Of a stretch of 64,000 bases of DNA, positions 63,071 through 64,000 are shown piece after piece. The DNA comes from Gekko japonicus (lineage: Eukaryota), in NCBI RefSeq assembly GCF_001447785.1, contig NW_015162474.1, forward strand, positions 1,304,417-1,368,416, given 5' to 3'. The position numbers and the translations under genes are program-made. The notes below the pieces were generated by a model. It saw only the letters and a program-made list of their open reading frames with translations, searched no databases and was not told the DNA's origin. Numbering within the stretch: position 1 is the stretch's first letter; each line of letters begins with the position of its first letter.

Positions 63071-64000
63071 TACTAATATAACTTAGATGTGATCGGAGCA
63101 TGGCTCACCATGGCAAGATCACATTTTCTGAAACACAGCAATAGCTGGCATATCAGCCAAAGCTTATAAAGGGTGCTAAGTGCCACAGAGGAGATCTTAG
63201 TCTCCAACCACAGGCCAGGACCCAGCAGTACCCCCGAATTATGAACCTACTCTTTCAGAGGAGTGCAGCTCTCTTCCAGACAGATTGAGTTCATAGTCCA
63301 TGAACAGATTCTCAGTCTTGCCTGGATTAAGCTTCAGTTCTCATCCATCCCATTACGTTCTCAAGGTACCAAATCAGGACTTCTACAGACCCACTCAGCT
63401 GTTACGGAGAACTAGAGCTCGTCATTCGCATACTGGTAATACCTCACTCCAAGTCCTTAGATGACCTCTTCCTGCAGTTTCATGTAGATGTTAAACAGCA
63501 TAAATGACCCAGGGCTCAGCAGCCGTACCACAACACCACCTTCTGAAATTAGCTGGTCAGGCAGAGCAAAGCCAACACAGCACAGACCCTCCCCCCCAAC
63601 TAACCTATCCAGAAGTATACCACGGGTGATGGTACTGAAAATGGATGATAGGTCCAGGAGAATCAACAGGGAGGTACTCCCCCTGTCTCTTTCCTGGGAA
63701 AGGTAATCAGTCAAGGCAACAAAGGCTGTTGAAATGGAGCACCTTGCCCAAGAATGGAATGTTAGCAACTTTGTAGTACTTACTTAGGTCATTTGGGTCT
63801 AGAGATGAGGGGCCTCACAACTGCTTCTTTCAAAGCTGTGGGAAATACATACCCTCCTATAGAGAAGCATTTATTACCTTCTGGGCCCATTCAACCAACC
63901 CAGCCTGGCACACTATTATTAGCCAAGAGCAACAAGGGACAAGCCCAAAAGTGGGTGCTCTGCCACTTCAAAGCCGCTTGTCTGCTTCATCAGGTCTCAC
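63071..64000 (-). mobile_element. Old L2 RT fragment
   Basis: TAFVALTDYLSQERDRGSTSLLILLDLSSIFSTI..MLFNIYMK; YANDE (YADD-like). Confidence 0.8.

Overview
Eukaryotic DNA from a squamate reptile, most likely a gecko, judged from Sauria-type and Squam3-type SINEs, Bov-B/RTE and TAGGGTTGCC MITEs. It carries the conserved vertebrate block LRRC10 (+, single exon, 278 aa), CCT2 (-, 16 coding exons, 535 aa, all GT-AG junctions read by hand) and FRS2 (-, 5 coding exons, 521 aa, probable ~8 kb 3'UTR; its 5' non-coding exons lie beyond the window). The rest is a nested landscape of CR1, L2, RTE/Bov-B, another APE-LINE, Penelope, Ty1/Copia, hAT MITEs with 8-bp TSDs, and SINEs. Main signals invisible in the ORF track: (1) two copies of a non-autonomous Helitron-like family (TC...hairpin-CTAG, A|T insertion, no TSD) carrying hAT-MITE/SINE cargo; (2) a near-fully complementary miR-182 site plus other miR-183/96/182 sites in the FRS2 3'UTR; (3) an inverted MITE pair tightly flanking CCT2 exons 12-15 (circRNA geometry); (4) decayed Penelope hammerhead-ribozyme cores; (5) a 21-bp coding repeat expansion in FRS2; (6) a foldback minisatellite in CCT2 intron 1. 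Family names and comparisons with human sequences come from recall, not database searches.
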